In this document: positions 1-8,962 of the stretch, in pieces
Position numbering within the stretch: position 1 is the stretch's first letter
Layout of the letters: each line of letters begins with the position of its first letter
DNA from: SAR202 cluster bacterium
Lineage (GTDB): Bacteria > Chloroflexota > Dehalococcoidia > Lucifugimonadales > UBA826
Direction of reading: 5' to 3'
Length of the DNA stretch: 64,000 nt
Assembly (NCBI GenBank): GCA_022447825.1
Contig: JAKUTY010000004.1
Span: forward strand, 6,180-70,179
Notes under the pieces: generated by a model
Told to the model about the DNA's origin: nothing
What the model saw: only the letters and a program-made list of their open reading frames with translations
Databases searched by the model: none
Position numbers and translations under genes: made by a program

Positions 1-1163
1 TAAATGTTGGGACAATAGGTCACGTAGACCATGGTAAGACTACGCTAACTGCAGCTATTTCATCTGTTTTAGCCAGTGAAGGTCTTGCTGAATATAGAGA
101 GTTTGGTTCTATAGACAATGCTCCAGAAGAAAGAGAGCGTGGAGTAACGATTGCTATTACTCATATTGAGTATGAAACTGAATCTAGGCATTATGCTCAC
201 GTTGATTGTCCAGGTCACGCAGACTATATTAAAAATATGATTACTGGCGCTGCTCAGATGGATGGTGCTATTTTGGTAGTAAGTGCTCCTGATGGACCTA
301 TGCCTCAGACTAGAGAGCATATTTTGCTTGCTAGGCAGGTTGAAGTTCCTAGATTGGTAGTGGCTCTGAATAAATGCGACGTGATGGACGATGAAGAATT
401 ATTAGAGCTTGTCGAATTAGAAATGCGAGAACTTTTGACAGAATATGGATTCCCTGGGGATGACATTCCTTTTGTAAGGGTAAGTGCACTTAGTGCATTA
501 GAGGCTGAAGATAAAAGTAGAGATAGCGAATGGGGTAAAGGTGTTTGGGAATTGATGGATGCTGTTGATGAATACGTACCTCTTCCTGACAGACCAAAAG
601 ACCAACCTTTTTTGATGCCTGTAGAAGATGTTTTTGGCATTAAAGGTAGGGGAACAGTTGTTACTGGAAGAGTTGAAAGCGGTGTTGTTAATGTTGGACA
701 AGAGATTGAAGTGGTAGGAATTAAAGAATCTTATACAACTACAGTAACCGGAGTGGAAATGTTTCATAAAACATTGGAAACGGGTGAGCCAGGAGATGCA
801 GTAGGTTTGTTGCTTAGAGGTGTCGATAGAGAAGATATTGAAAGAGGTCAAGTTCTATGTGCTCCTGGTAGTATTACTCCTCATACTTCATATGAAGCCC
901 AAGTTTATGTGTTGGGTAAAGATGAAGGAGGAAGACATACTCCTTTCTTCAATGGGTACAAGCCGCAATTTTTCATTAGAACAACAGATGTTACTGGAGA
1001 AATTCAATTACCAGATGGTGTTGAAATGGTGATGCCTGGTGATAACGTTGAGATGAAAATAAAATTGATCACTCCAGTCGCTTTAGATGAGCAACTTAGA
1101 TTTGCTGTTAGAGAAGGTGGTAGAACTGTTGGTTCGGGTGTAATCACTAAAGTGATTGAGTAA
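1..1163 (+). CDS. tuf: Elongation factor Tu (5' partial, N-terminus upstream of window)
   Basis: Translation from nt 3 reads [15 protein letters not shown]...[26 protein letters not shown], the canonical EF-Tu G-domain motifs. The frame runs to TAA at 1161-1163. Confidence 0.97.
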   Translation, partial: NVGTIGHVDHGKTTLTAAISSVLASEGLAEYREFGSIDNAPEERERGVTIAITHIEYETESRHYAHVDCPGHADYIKNMITGAAQMDGAILVVSAPDGPMPQTREHILLARQVEVPRLVVALNKCDVMDDEELLELVELEMRELLTEYGFPGDDIPFVRVSALSALEAEDKSRDSEWGKGVWELMDAVDEYVPLPDRPKDQPFLMPVEDVFGIKGRGTVVTGRVESGVVNVGQEIEVVGIKESYTTTVTGVEMFHKTLETGEPGDAVGLLLRGVDREDIERGQVLCAPGSITPHTSYEAQVYVLGKDEGGRHTPFFNGYKPQFFIRTTDVTGEIQLPDGVEMVMPGDNVEMKIKLITPVALDEQLRFAVREGGRTVGSGVITKVIE

Positions 1164-1190
1164 TATCTAAGATAATATTAAGGAATTTAA

Positions 1191-1355
1191 ATGGCTAAAG
1201 GTGATAATAGGATTTTAGTTACTTTTGCTTGCACTGAATGGAAAGATAGAACCTATAACTCTTCAAAAAGCAGACGAAATGATCCTCAACGGTTAGAGTT
1301 GATGAAATTTTGTCCTAAATGTAGGCAGAGAAAACTTTATCGAGAAGTTAGGTAA
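1191..1355 (+). CDS. rpmG: 50S ribosomal protein L33
   Basis: Own translation, too short for the ORF track: MAKGDNRILVTFACTEWKDRTYNSSKSRRNDPQRLELMKFCPKCRQRKLYREVR (54 aa). AAGGA lies upstream of the ATG. Sits in the classical tuf-rpmG-secE-nusG position. Confidence 0.9.
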   Translation: MAKGDNRILVTFACTEWKDRTYNSSKSRRNDPQRLELMKFCPKCRQRKLYREVR

Positions 1356-1360
1356 TATTT

Positions 1361-1564
1361 ATGCAACAACGTTCTTCAGGGCCTAGGCCTAATGTTTTCC
1401 GGTTTTTTAATGAAGTTATAGGAGAACTTCGTAGAGTTACTTGGCCTACGATGCCCGAAACTTTTCGGTTAACTTTAATGGTTTTAGCTGTTGCAGCTTT
1501 TATAGGCGTGATTTTAGGTGTTGCAGATATGTTCTTTGGCTGGATTTTTGAAGTAATTCTTTAG
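1361..1564 (+). CDS. secE: Preprotein translocase subunit SecE
   Basis: 67 aa with one C-terminal TM helix and a GELRRVTWP motif. Located between rpmG and nusG. Confidence 0.9.
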   Translation: MQQRSSGPRPNVFRFFNEVIGELRRVTWPTMPETFRLTLMVLAVAAFIGVILGVADMFFGWIFEVIL

Positions 1565-1577
1565 AAACGGAAAAATT

Positions 1578-2138
1578 ATGGTACAAAATATTCCTAATGA
1601 AAAAAGATGGTACATAATACACTCATATTCTGGTCAAGAAGATAGAGTTAAGAAGAATTTAGAACAACGAATTCATACTATGGATTTAGGGGAAAAAATT
1701 TTCCAAGTTGTAGTGCCTACTGAAGAAGAAATGGAATTTCAGGGTGGTCAGAAAAAGTCAGTATTTAAGAAGGTTTTCCCTGGGTACATTCTTGTAGAAA
1801 TGGAAATGGATGATGAAAGTTGGTATGTAGTTAGAAACACTCCTGGAGTAACTGGATTTGTTTCTGCTGAGGATGAAACTGATAATAGGCCTAAACCTGT
1901 CCCACTTGAACAACATGAAGTTGATAATATTTTGAATTTGAACGAATCTGATCAACCTCGAGTTAAAGTTGGATTAGTGCAAGGTCAAACTGTTCGTATT
2001 GCTGATGGGCCATTTTTGGATTTTATGGGAATTGTGGATGAAATTTACCCGGACAGATTAAAAGTTAAGGTCTTGGTATCATTTTTCGGTAGAGAAACTC
2101 CTGTAGAATTAGATTTTATGCAGATAGAAAAAGCGTAG
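1578..2138 (+). CDS. nusG: Transcription termination/antitermination factor NusG
   Basis: RWYIIHSYSGQE and FPGYILVEM (NGN domain) plus a C-terminal KOW region. Conserved synteny. Confidence 0.95.
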   Translation: MVQNIPNEKRWYIIHSYSGQEDRVKKNLEQRIHTMDLGEKIFQVVVPTEEEMEFQGGQKKSVFKKVFPGYILVEMEMDDESWYVVRNTPGVTGFVSAEDETDNRPKPVPLEQHEVDNILNLNESDQPRVKVGLVQGQTVRIADGPFLDFMGIVDEIYPDRLKVKVLVSFFGRETPVELDFMQIEKA

Positions 2139-2151
2139 GTAGGATAGTAAA

Positions 2152-2574
2152 TTGTCAAAAAAAGTTATTGGATTAATAAAACTTCAAATTGAGGCTGGTA
2201 AAGCAAATCCTGCTCCACCCGTAGGTCCCGCCTTAGGACAACATGGTGTCAATATTATGGGGTTTGTTAAGGAATACAATGAAAGAACCGCATCAATGGC
2301 TGGTGCAATAGTACCTGTTGAAATTACCGTTTATGAAGATAGATCATTTGACTTTATAATTAAAAGTCCACCTGCATCAGATTTACTTAGAAAAGCTGCG
2401 AAAATTTCAAAGGGTAGTGGTAGTCCTTTGGCTGAAAAAGTGGCTACTATTTCAAGAGATCAAGTTAAAGAAATAGCTGAGACTAAGATTAAAGATTTAA
2501 ATGCAGCAGATATTGAAGGTGCTATGAAGATTATTGAGGGAACTGCCCGTAGTATGGGTATTCAAGTACAATAA
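2152..2574 (+). CDS. rplK: 50S ribosomal protein L11
   Basis: [17 protein letters not shown] motif, 140 aa, TTG start at 2152. Confidence 0.96.
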   Translation: MSKKVIGLIKLQIEAGKANPAPPVGPALGQHGVNIMGFVKEYNERTASMAGAIVPVEITVYEDRSFDFIIKSPPASDLLRKAAKISKGSGSPLAEKVATISRDQVKEIAETKIKDLNAADIEGAMKIIEGTARSMGIQVQ

Positions 2575-2587
2575 TAAAGGTATAAAA

Positions 2588-3301
2588 ATGGTTAAACACG
2601 GAAAAAGATATAACAATGCAGTTGGATTATTAGATGAAGATCGAGTCTACTCTCCTGAAGAGGCAGTCACCTTATCTAAGAAAAATGCTACTGCAAAATT
2701 TGATGAAACAGTTGAGCTGCATTTAAAAACTGGTGCAGATCCTAGGCATGCTGATCAAATGCTTAGAGGTGTGTCTCTTTTACCTCATGGAATAGGTAAA
2801 CAGATTCGTACTTTAGTTTTTTGTCAGGGTGAGGCAGTTGAGATAGCTAAACAGGCAGGATCTGATCATGTGGGAAATGATGATCTGATTCAACAAATTG
2901 AGCAAGGTTGGATAGAATTTGATGTAACTATAGCTACTCCAGATATGATGGGTAAAGTTGGTAAATTGGGACCTGTACTTGGCCGGAAAGGATTAATGCC
3001 TAATCCTAGAACTGGAACTGTTGTTTCTCCAGAAGATTTGCCTCGAGCTATTGAAGATTCAAAAAAAGGCAGAGTTGAATTTAAATTAGATAGAAATTCT
3101 ATAATTCATGTACCTATTGGGAAAGCAAGTTTTGAAGAATCTCAACTTATAGAAAATCTATCAGTTTTGATGGAAAATATTTTAAGAAATCGTCCATCAG
3201 GTGTTAAGGGTCAATTTTTGAAATCTGCATATATCACAACTACTATGGGCCCAAGTGTTCAAATTGATATTGCAGGAATTAGTGATCTTAAAGTAGAATA
3301 G
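2588..3301 (+). CDS. rplA: 50S ribosomal protein L1
   Basis: MVKHGKRYNNA... is a typical L1 N-terminus. I place the start at ATG 2588, after the rplK stop, rather than at ORF-track 2534. Confidence 0.95.
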   Translation: MVKHGKRYNNAVGLLDEDRVYSPEEAVTLSKKNATAKFDETVELHLKTGADPRHADQMLRGVSLLPHGIGKQIRTLVFCQGEAVEIAKQAGSDHVGNDDLIQQIEQGWIEFDVTIATPDMMGKVGKLGPVLGRKGLMPNPRTGTVVSPEDLPRAIEDSKKGRVEFKLDRNSIIHVPIGKASFEESQLIENLSVLMENILRNRPSGVKGQFLKSAYITTTMGPSVQIDIAGISDLKVE

Positions 3302-3368
3302 TAATCCGCCAAAGACCGAAGGTTCTCAAAAAGTATAATTCCTTCCTAGGTGTAATATATGTTTTATT

Positions 3369-3394
3369 ACCTCGGTTTTTGCCGAGGTTTTTTT
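3369..3394 (+). terminator. Intrinsic terminator/attenuator hairpin in the rplA-rplJ spacer (L10-leader position)
   Basis: ACCUCGG (3369-3375) pairs with CCGAGGU (3382-3388), with loop UUUUUG. Seven U follow the core CCGAGG arm (3388-3394), the first pairing with A3369. Lies 17 nt upstream of the rplJ ATG. Confidence 0.7.
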
Positions 3395-3411
3395 ATTTAT
3401 AGGAGAAATTT

Positions 3412-3924
3412 ATGCCTACCGAGAAAAAGGCAGCACTTATAGAAGATTTAAAGGAATGCATTACGGATTGTTCAATTGCTATTGCAACTGACTATGCTGG
3501 AATCAGTGTGTCAGAAATGAGTGAACTCAGAACTGCTATTAGAAACCAAGGTATGAAATTTAAAGTTGTTAAAAATACTTTGATGAAAATTGCAGCAGAA
3601 GAATCTGAATGGCCTGAACTACAAGAATTAGTTGATGGTCCTACTGGTATGGTCTTTGGATATGGAGAAGAACAAGAAGCTGCAAAACTGATTACAAAAT
3701 ACATTAAAGATTCAGGAATTGAGTTGAAATTGAAATCATCTGCTATGGGTTCACAAATTCTTTCTGCAAAAGAATTACAACAATGGGCAAGTCTTCCTGG
3801 TAAGGATGAATTAATAGCTCAATTAATTGGCCAACTGCATGGTCAAATGGCAGCTTTGGTTTATACATTGAATAACCCTATAACAAGATTAGCTAGAACT
3901 TTAAATACTATAGCTAGTAGTTAG
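3412..3924 (+). CDS. rplJ: 50S ribosomal protein L10
   Basis: 170 aa with L10-like sequence (KFKVVKNTL). GGAG SD upstream. Followed by rplL. Confidence 0.95.
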   Translation: MPTEKKAALIEDLKECITDCSIAIATDYAGISVSEMSELRTAIRNQGMKFKVVKNTLMKIAAEESEWPELQELVDGPTGMVFGYGEEQEAAKLITKYIKDSGIELKLKSSAMGSQILSAKELQQWASLPGKDELIAQLIGQLHGQMAALVYTLNNPITRLARTLNTIASS

Positions 3925-3980
3925 TACAAGTGGTAAATCCACGAGTACAACAATTAAATCAGTAAAATTTAGGAGAAAAC

Positions 3981-4358
3981 ATGAACAGAGAAGAGATATT
4001 ACAAGCATTGAAAGACTTACCAGTAATTGAATTAGCAGGTTTAGTTAAAGATTTAGAAGAAGAATTTGGTGTTAGTGCAGCTGCAGCTGCGCCTGTTGCT
4101 GTGGCTGCAGCGCCTGCTGCTGGAGATTCTGGAGCTGCGGCTGAGCAAGAAGACTTTACAGTAACACTAACAGATGTTGGTGATAAAAAGATTAATGTGA
4201 TTAAAGCTGTTAGAGCTGCCACATCTTTGGGATTGAAAGAAGCAAAAGATTTAGTAGAATCTGCCCCTGCTCCAATTAAAGAAGGCGTAGGTAAAGATGA
4301 TGCAGAAGCTTTAAAGAAAGAATTAGAAGAAGCTGGCGCAACAGTAGAATTATCTTAG
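3981..4358 (+). CDS. rplL: 50S ribosomal protein L7/L12
   Basis: Ala-rich hinge plus the C-terminal domain motif [24 protein letters not shown]. Confidence 0.97.
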   Translation: MNREEILQALKDLPVIELAGLVKDLEEEFGVSAAAAAPVAVAAAPAAGDSGAAAEQEDFTVTLTDVGDKKINVIKAVRAATSLGLKEAKDLVESAPAPIKEGVGKDDAEALKKELEEAGATVELS

Positions 4359-4363
4359 ATTTT

Positions 4364-5626
4364 TTAAATATACGGAATTGTTTGGGGACCCTCTGGTAAC
4401 ACACATATAGATGGGTTCCCTCCGTATTTACTCTTTAAATTTTTGATTGTAGATTCAATATTTTCTATAGGTATCAAATGAGCTTTATAAATGTCTTCGT
4501 TTGAAAGGTAATCTGATTTCAAATATATGTCAGTAGTTTTTTGAATTTGCGCTTGAATTTGTACTTGCCATTGGTCCTGTTGTTTATAAGAAGGATGTTC
4601 TATCATTTTCAACAATTCTTCTGGAGAGTTTCTCGAGGTTAGGATTTCTTGAAATAAACCATGGTTTGGTATACCGTCAGAGCATTCTGCAGCGCAGACG
4701 ATGCTCCCTGAGTCTTTAGTGATCTCAAATGCAGCGGATACCCCTTTAACGCATTGGTAGAGATTCATATCAAGTGGGTATCCGTTATTTGTAGTAATAA
4801 CAATATCAAATAATTTTTCTACTTTTTGCATTGCTGTGTTTTTAACAAATTCACAAGCTTCTTGATGAACTGAAAACATTTCACCTGCAAATATGGAGGT
4901 AATAGATCGTTTTTTGTTAATTGTTACATCCAAAGTGAAATCTGCAGGAAATTTTGTGGCTATTTCTCTGATACTATCATGTATGGGGTTGCCAATAGTT
5001 TTTCCCCATCTAGAATTAGTATCTTTTATCATTTCAGATCCATGAAGCTCCATAATTGTGTCGATTCCAGCTAGCCCTGGTGCAATCATTTTAGGTCCGC
5101 CACTAAATCCCGCAAAAAAGTGAGGTTCTACAAATCCAAGTGTGATTTTGGTATCACATGACATCCATTCTTGATTGAGGAAAATGGGTATCCCATTTGT
5201 AGTGTTGCCTAGGAAATCTAATGATTCTTTGTGATCTGATCTATGATTTATAATACGATACTTTTCTAAAATTTCCTCAGAACCAAACATGTCAGATAAT
5301 TCTTCAATTGTATTTTCTCGATGTGTTCCAGTAGCGATAAAAATATTTATGTCTAAATCCTGAATTTGAGATAATTCTTTTAAAACTATTGGCAAGACCG
5401 TCTTTGTTGGTGAAGGTCTTGTAATATCACACACACTTATTCCAACTTTTTGTCCTGATTTAACTATTTCTCTTAATGGCTTAGAGTTAATAGGATTTCT
5501 AATCGCTGAAATGATTGCCCCACTCTCATCTGGCAACCCGGGAATGAATTGCGGCTCTATTACAGTAGTGTCATCTGGTAATTTGATATCTAATCCTGTT
5601 TTACCATACATAAGTGAGATATTCAT
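4364..5626 (-). CDS. larA: LarA-family nickel-pincer-dependent 2-hydroxyacid racemase/epimerase homolog
   Basis: 420 aa. ATGTHR and GFSGGPKMIAPG motifs resemble the LarA catalytic His and cofactor-tethering Lys regions (from memory of L. plantarum LarA). Confidence 0.75.
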   Translation of the reverse strand: MNISLMYGKTGLDIKLPDDTTVIEPQFIPGLPDESGAIISAIRNPINSKPLREIVKSGQKVGISVCDITRPSPTKTVLPIVLKELSQIQDLDINIFIATGTHRENTIEELSDMFGSEEILEKYRIINHRSDHKESLDFLGNTTNGIPIFLNQEWMSCDTKITLGFVEPHFFAGFSGGPKMIAPGLAGIDTIMELHGSEMIKDTNSRWGKTIGNPIHDSIREIATKFPADFTLDVTINKKRSITSIFAGEMFSVHQEACEFVKNTAMQKVEKLFDIVITTNNGYPLDMNLYQCVKGVSAAFEITKDSGSIVCAAECSDGIPNHGLFQEILTSRNSPEELLKMIEHPSYKQQDQWQVQIQAQIQKTTDIYLKSDYLSNEDIYKAHLIPIENIESTIKNLKSKYGGNPSICVLPEGPQTIPYI

Positions 5627-5631
5627 ATTTT

Positions 5632-6717
5632 TTACACTATTTCATTTCTAAGTAGAGCTTCACACAAATGAGCTGCATCCACTAAATCTGGAATGGTTAC
5701 AAATTCACGTTTTGTGTGCATACCTGTAACTGCCATACCAATGACTACTGCATTAATATTGTTTAATTTAAATACATTTCCATCTGTTCCACCGCCAGAT
5801 TCAACATAATTGGGAGTAAGGCCTAAGCTATTGAGTGAATCACTCACCCTGCGTCTTACAGGATCGTCTTCAGAAATAGTGTATGTCTCAAATTGTTTGT
5901 GAAGATGAGTGTCTAAATTTGCATCTGGATATTTAGTTTTAATGGATTGAACAATTTCTGTGATTTCACTTTGAATCTCGTCCAATTTTTCTATGTTGGT
6001 ACTTCTAAATTCACCTGTGATTGTTGTAGATTCTGCAACAGTATTTCTAGTAGATCCCCCTTCTATTAATCCAACATTGAAAGTAGTGTTTTTATCTAAC
6101 CTGCCTTGTGGTAATTTAGTAATTAAGTCAGCGGCGATCCTGATAGCTGATAATCCTTTTTCAGGTTCTGCGCCAGCATGCGCAGATCTGCCTGTGATTT
6201 CTATAATGAATCCCATATATGTGGGGCTAGATATAGTAATTGTACTAGCAGGACCTTCTCCATCAAATACTATAGCTTCTTTGGCAGAAATTAATGAGAA
6301 GTCTAGATTTTCAGCTCCAACTAATCCTATTTCTTCTTCTCTAGTAAAAACAACTTCCACTGGAGGAATTTTATGGTGGTCTTCAAAAATAGATTGAAGG
6401 CCCTCAAGTATAGCGCTTACTCCTGCCTTGGCATCTCCACCCAGAATAGTTGTGCCATCAGAAACAATCCTGTCTTGTTGTATTTCTGGTTTGATACCTC
6501 TTCCTGGCTCAACTGTATCCATATGTCCAGATAAAATTATTTGAGGATTACCTGATGATTTTGCTATCAAGTTTCCGTATGAATCACGTTGAGTCGTTAA
6601 TCCTAACTTTTCTAGAAAATCAATTAAGAAAAGTGTTACATTTTCTTCTTCTCCAGAAGGGCTATCGATTTTAACTAAATCGCAAAAAGTGTTGATTAGT
6701 CTTTTTTTGTTTATCAT
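5632..6717 (-). CDS. M20-family metallopeptidase (PepT-like)
   Basis: 361 aa with SGHMDTV, GGDAKAG, REEEIGLVGA and GGTDGN motifs typical of M20 peptidases. Confidence 0.8.
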   Translation of the reverse strand: MINKKRLINTFCDLVKIDSPSGEEENVTLFLIDFLEKLGLTTQRDSYGNLIAKSSGNPQIILSGHMDTVEPGRGIKPEIQQDRIVSDGTTILGGDAKAGVSAILEGLQSIFEDHHKIPPVEVVFTREEEIGLVGAENLDFSLISAKEAIVFDGEGPASTITISSPTYMGFIIEITGRSAHAGAEPEKGLSAIRIAADLITKLPQGRLDKNTTFNVGLIEGGSTRNTVAESTTITGEFRSTNIEKLDEIQSEITEIVQSIKTKYPDANLDTHLHKQFETYTISEDDPVRRRVSDSLNSLGLTPNYVESGGGTDGNVFKLNNINAVVIGMAVTGMHTKREFVTIPDLVDAAHLCEALLRNEIV

Positions 6718-6732
6718 ATTAATCTCGCTACT

Positions 6733-6741
6733 TGGTATAAT
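6733..6741 (+). promoter_or_regulatory. Candidate extended -10 promoter (TGgTATAAT), possibly giving a leaderless mRNA
   Basis: TGGTATAAT at 6733-6741 ends 6 nt before ATG 6748, and no SD lies in between. TATAAT-like strings are frequent in AT-rich DNA, so confidence is low. Confidence 0.3.
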
Positions 6742-6747
6742 TAAAAC

Positions 6748-7236
6748 ATGTTTAAATGGTTTCTAATTCTATTATTTATATTCACGGGGTGTTCTCAAGC
6801 TAGTTTACCTCAAATAGATGTAAAAGAAACTTTACCTGAAATTTCACTGATCACTGAATATGGAGAAATTTCTTCTAATGAATTTCTTGATGATAATAGG
6901 CCTGAATTTTTATTGTTCATTTCTCCATTTTGAGGTACTTGTGTTTCCGAGTTACGGAAATTATCTAATAATGATCAGGGCCTTTCAGATATTTCAAATA
7001 TTTATGTAATTGCTATGAATCCTGGTTATTCAATAGAAACAATTCAAAATCTTTCTAATGGACATCCTGAGTGGATATATGCTGTTCCAAAAGATAATGA
7101 TACTTTGAAAACCATCTCAGGTTTAACAAGGTCAACTAAAATTTTAGTTGACTCGCAAAATAATATAATCGAGCGGTATAGAATGGGATTTTGGGATGTG
7201 AATCAATGGATCCAACTCATAGAAGAATCCCTTTAA
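6748..7236 (+). CDS. Thioredoxin-fold (TlpA/Redoxin-like) lipoprotein with in-frame UGA, a predicted selenocysteine in a U-G-T-C redox motif
   Basis: ORFs 6748-6933 and 7015-7236 share one frame. TGA 6931-6933 is the only stop between them. Read-through gives ...EFLLFISPF-U-GTCVSELRKL..., which is the WCxxC position of TlpA/ResA-type proteins. The N-terminus has a lipobox (FIFTGC). SECIS-like hairpin downstream, and selB in the window. Confidence 0.8.
6943..6961 (+). promoter_or_regulatory. Candidate bacterial SECIS hairpin
   Basis: UUUCCG (6944-6949) pairs with CGGAAA (6955-6960), with loop AGUUA containing GU. An optional G6943-U6961 closing pair is possible. The stem starts 10 nt after UGA (6931-6933). 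Confidence 0.65.
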
Positions 7237-8927
7237 TTTGTATATTTATTTGATAAGGGCATTCTTCTGTCGCGATCAAAATTTTTAGAGGTGATTTTGA
7301 TTCCTGGGGCAGATTGACGCCTTTTGTATTCGTTTTTATCTACTAGTTGAATGATGTGGTTAATAGTTTTTCGATCGAATCCTTTATTCATTATTTCATT
7401 TGAGCTGTGATCTTTTTCAACATACAATTCCAAAATTTGATCAAGAATTTCATATGGTGGCAGGCTATCAGAGTCTTTTTGGTCAAATTTCAACTCTGCA
7501 GTAGGCTCCTTTTGAATAATTGATTGTGGAATAATATTTTTTTCATATTTAAGATTTATATAGTTGCTGATTTTGTACACTAAAGTTTTTGGTACATCTT
7601 TAATTACTGCAAATCCTCCAGCCATATCTCCATAAATTGTGGCATAACCAACAGCCATTTCACTTTTGTTACCTGTAGTTAATACTAAATATCCAAATTT
7701 ATTTGAAAGCGCCATTACTAGAGCGCCTCTAATTCTAGATTGTAGATTTTCTTCTGCTATTCCCCAATCTGTATTTTTGAAATCTTCAAATAATGTAGAT
7801 TCAAAAGTTGAGAATATTTCTTCAATAGAGATTTCATTTATATCTATTCCCAGATTGATACATAATTCATTAGCATCACTTCTGCTTGCTTCAGATGAAA
7901 ATCTGGAAGGTAGATATACGCACCTGACATTTTCAGGACCTAATGCTAGCGAATCAATAGCAGTAACTAATGCAGAGTCAATTCCTCCCGATAAGGCTAT
8001 TAAAACTTTTGAAAATCCAGTTTTTTCTACATAATCTTTAGTTCCTAATAGTAAAGCTTGGAGAATTTGGTCTTCTAGAATGTCAGATTCTTGTATGGAT
8101 TTAGGTGTATCTATTTTTTGTTTTTTATTATCGTCTAAATTGATATAAATGGAGTTTGTTGAATAATTAAACGATTTGTTTTGTTGAGTGGTTGGTTGCT
8201 CATACAAATCGTAAATTAAAAGTTCTTCCGTAACCTGAGATCCTATTACTTCTATTGTTCCCTCAAAATTTATAAACATGCTGCCACCATCAAATACAAG
8301 TTCATCTTGCCCTCCAACCATATTTACATAGGCGATATTTACCTGATTTTCTTGAGCTCTTTTAATCAATAGTTTTTTTCTTTCGGCTATTTTACCTATT
8401 TGAAACGGCGAGCCGTTTATATTTAAAATAGTTGAAACCCCACTTGAAGCTAAATTTTTAGTGGGGTTAGGGTACCAAATATCCTCACAAATATTTATTC
8501 CAACTGTCGAATTTTTTAGATTAATTAAAGTATGAGAATCACCTGAGGAAAAATATCTTTTTTCATCAAATACTCCATAATTAGGCAGATAAATTTTTTT
8601 TTGAGTTCCTAAAAATTGATTGTTGCTAGATATCGCAGCTGAGTTATAAATTTGATTGTTTTCTTTTTCAACAAATCCATAAATAGCTGTGATGCTTGAT
8701 GTAGATTTGCTTACTTCTAATGCTGCAGTCACGTTGTCATCAATAAAATGTGATTTATGTAGTAAGTCTTCTGGTGGATATCCTGTGATAGAAAGTTCAG
8801 GAAAAACAACTATATCTGAATCAAAACTTCGAGCTTGTTCAATGAAGTTTTTAATTTTCAAGACATTCCCGTTTAAATCACCAACTGTAGGATTAATTTG
8901 TGCTAGGGCTATTCTTAATTTGCTCAA
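7233..8927 (-). CDS. nadE: Glutamine-dependent NAD+ synthetase
   Basis: 564 aa. N-terminal CN-hydrolase domain (LRIALAQINPTVGD) plus C-terminal NAD synthetase domain (SGGIDSA PP-loop). Confidence 0.93.
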   Translation of the reverse strand: MSKLRIALAQINPTVGDLNGNVLKIKNFIEQARSFDSDIVVFPELSITGYPPEDLLHKSHFIDDNVTAALEVSKSTSSITAIYGFVEKENNQIYNSAAISSNNQFLGTQKKIYLPNYGVFDEKRYFSSGDSHTLINLKNSTVGINICEDIWYPNPTKNLASSGVSTILNINGSPFQIGKIAERKKLLIKRAQENQVNIAYVNMVGGQDELVFDGGSMFINFEGTIEVIGSQVTEELLIYDLYEQPTTQQNKSFNYSTNSIYINLDDNKKQKIDTPKSIQESDILEDQILQALLLGTKDYVEKTGFSKVLIALSGGIDSALVTAIDSLALGPENVRCVYLPSRFSSEASRSDANELCINLGIDINEISIEEIFSTFESTLFEDFKNTDWGIAEENLQSRIRGALVMALSNKFGYLVLTTGNKSEMAVGYATIYGDMAGGFAVIKDVPKTLVYKISNYINLKYEKNIIPQSIIQKEPTAELKFDQKDSDSLPPYEILDQILELYVEKDHSSNEIMNKGFDRKTINHIIQLVDKNEYKRRQSAPGIKITSKNFDRDRRMPLSNKYTN

Positions 8928-8962
8928 AATCTTCTCCAGAATAAGAGTGAAGAAATTGGAAG

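Noticed and set aside
69-1032. ORFs 69-320(-), 305-640(-), 498-851(-) and 820-1032(+) inside tuf
   Set aside because: They lie antisense or in alternate frames within the highly conserved EF-Tu gene. Products are low-complexity with no recognisable motifs.
2534-2587. Upstream extension of rplA (ORF-track start 2534)
   Set aside because: It overlaps the end of rplK. The canonical L1 N-terminus MVKHGKRY starts at ATG 2588.
3959-4222. 87-aa Ala-rich ORF on the minus strand
   Set aside because: It is a mirror image of the GC-rich Ala hinge of rplL on the opposite strand, a composition artefact.
5993-6397. Long antisense ORFs. This one, plus 7666-8034(+), 8689-8976(+), 9807-10154(+), 23551-24099(+), 30804-31166(+), 35833-36393(+), 48354-48746(+), 60548-60769(+) and 61415-61678(+)
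   Set aside because: All are embedded opposite well-supported conserved genes. They show no SD or motifs and have the skewed composition typical of shadow ORFs.
6934-7014. Treating 6748-6933 and 7015-7236 as two separate small genes, or as a pseudogene split by a nonsense mutation
   Set aside because: The two share one frame with a single TGA at the CxxC position, a well-placed hairpin follows, and selB is present. The second fragment lacks an SD and a signal peptide. Selenocysteine recoding explains this better, though pseudogenisation is not formally excluded.
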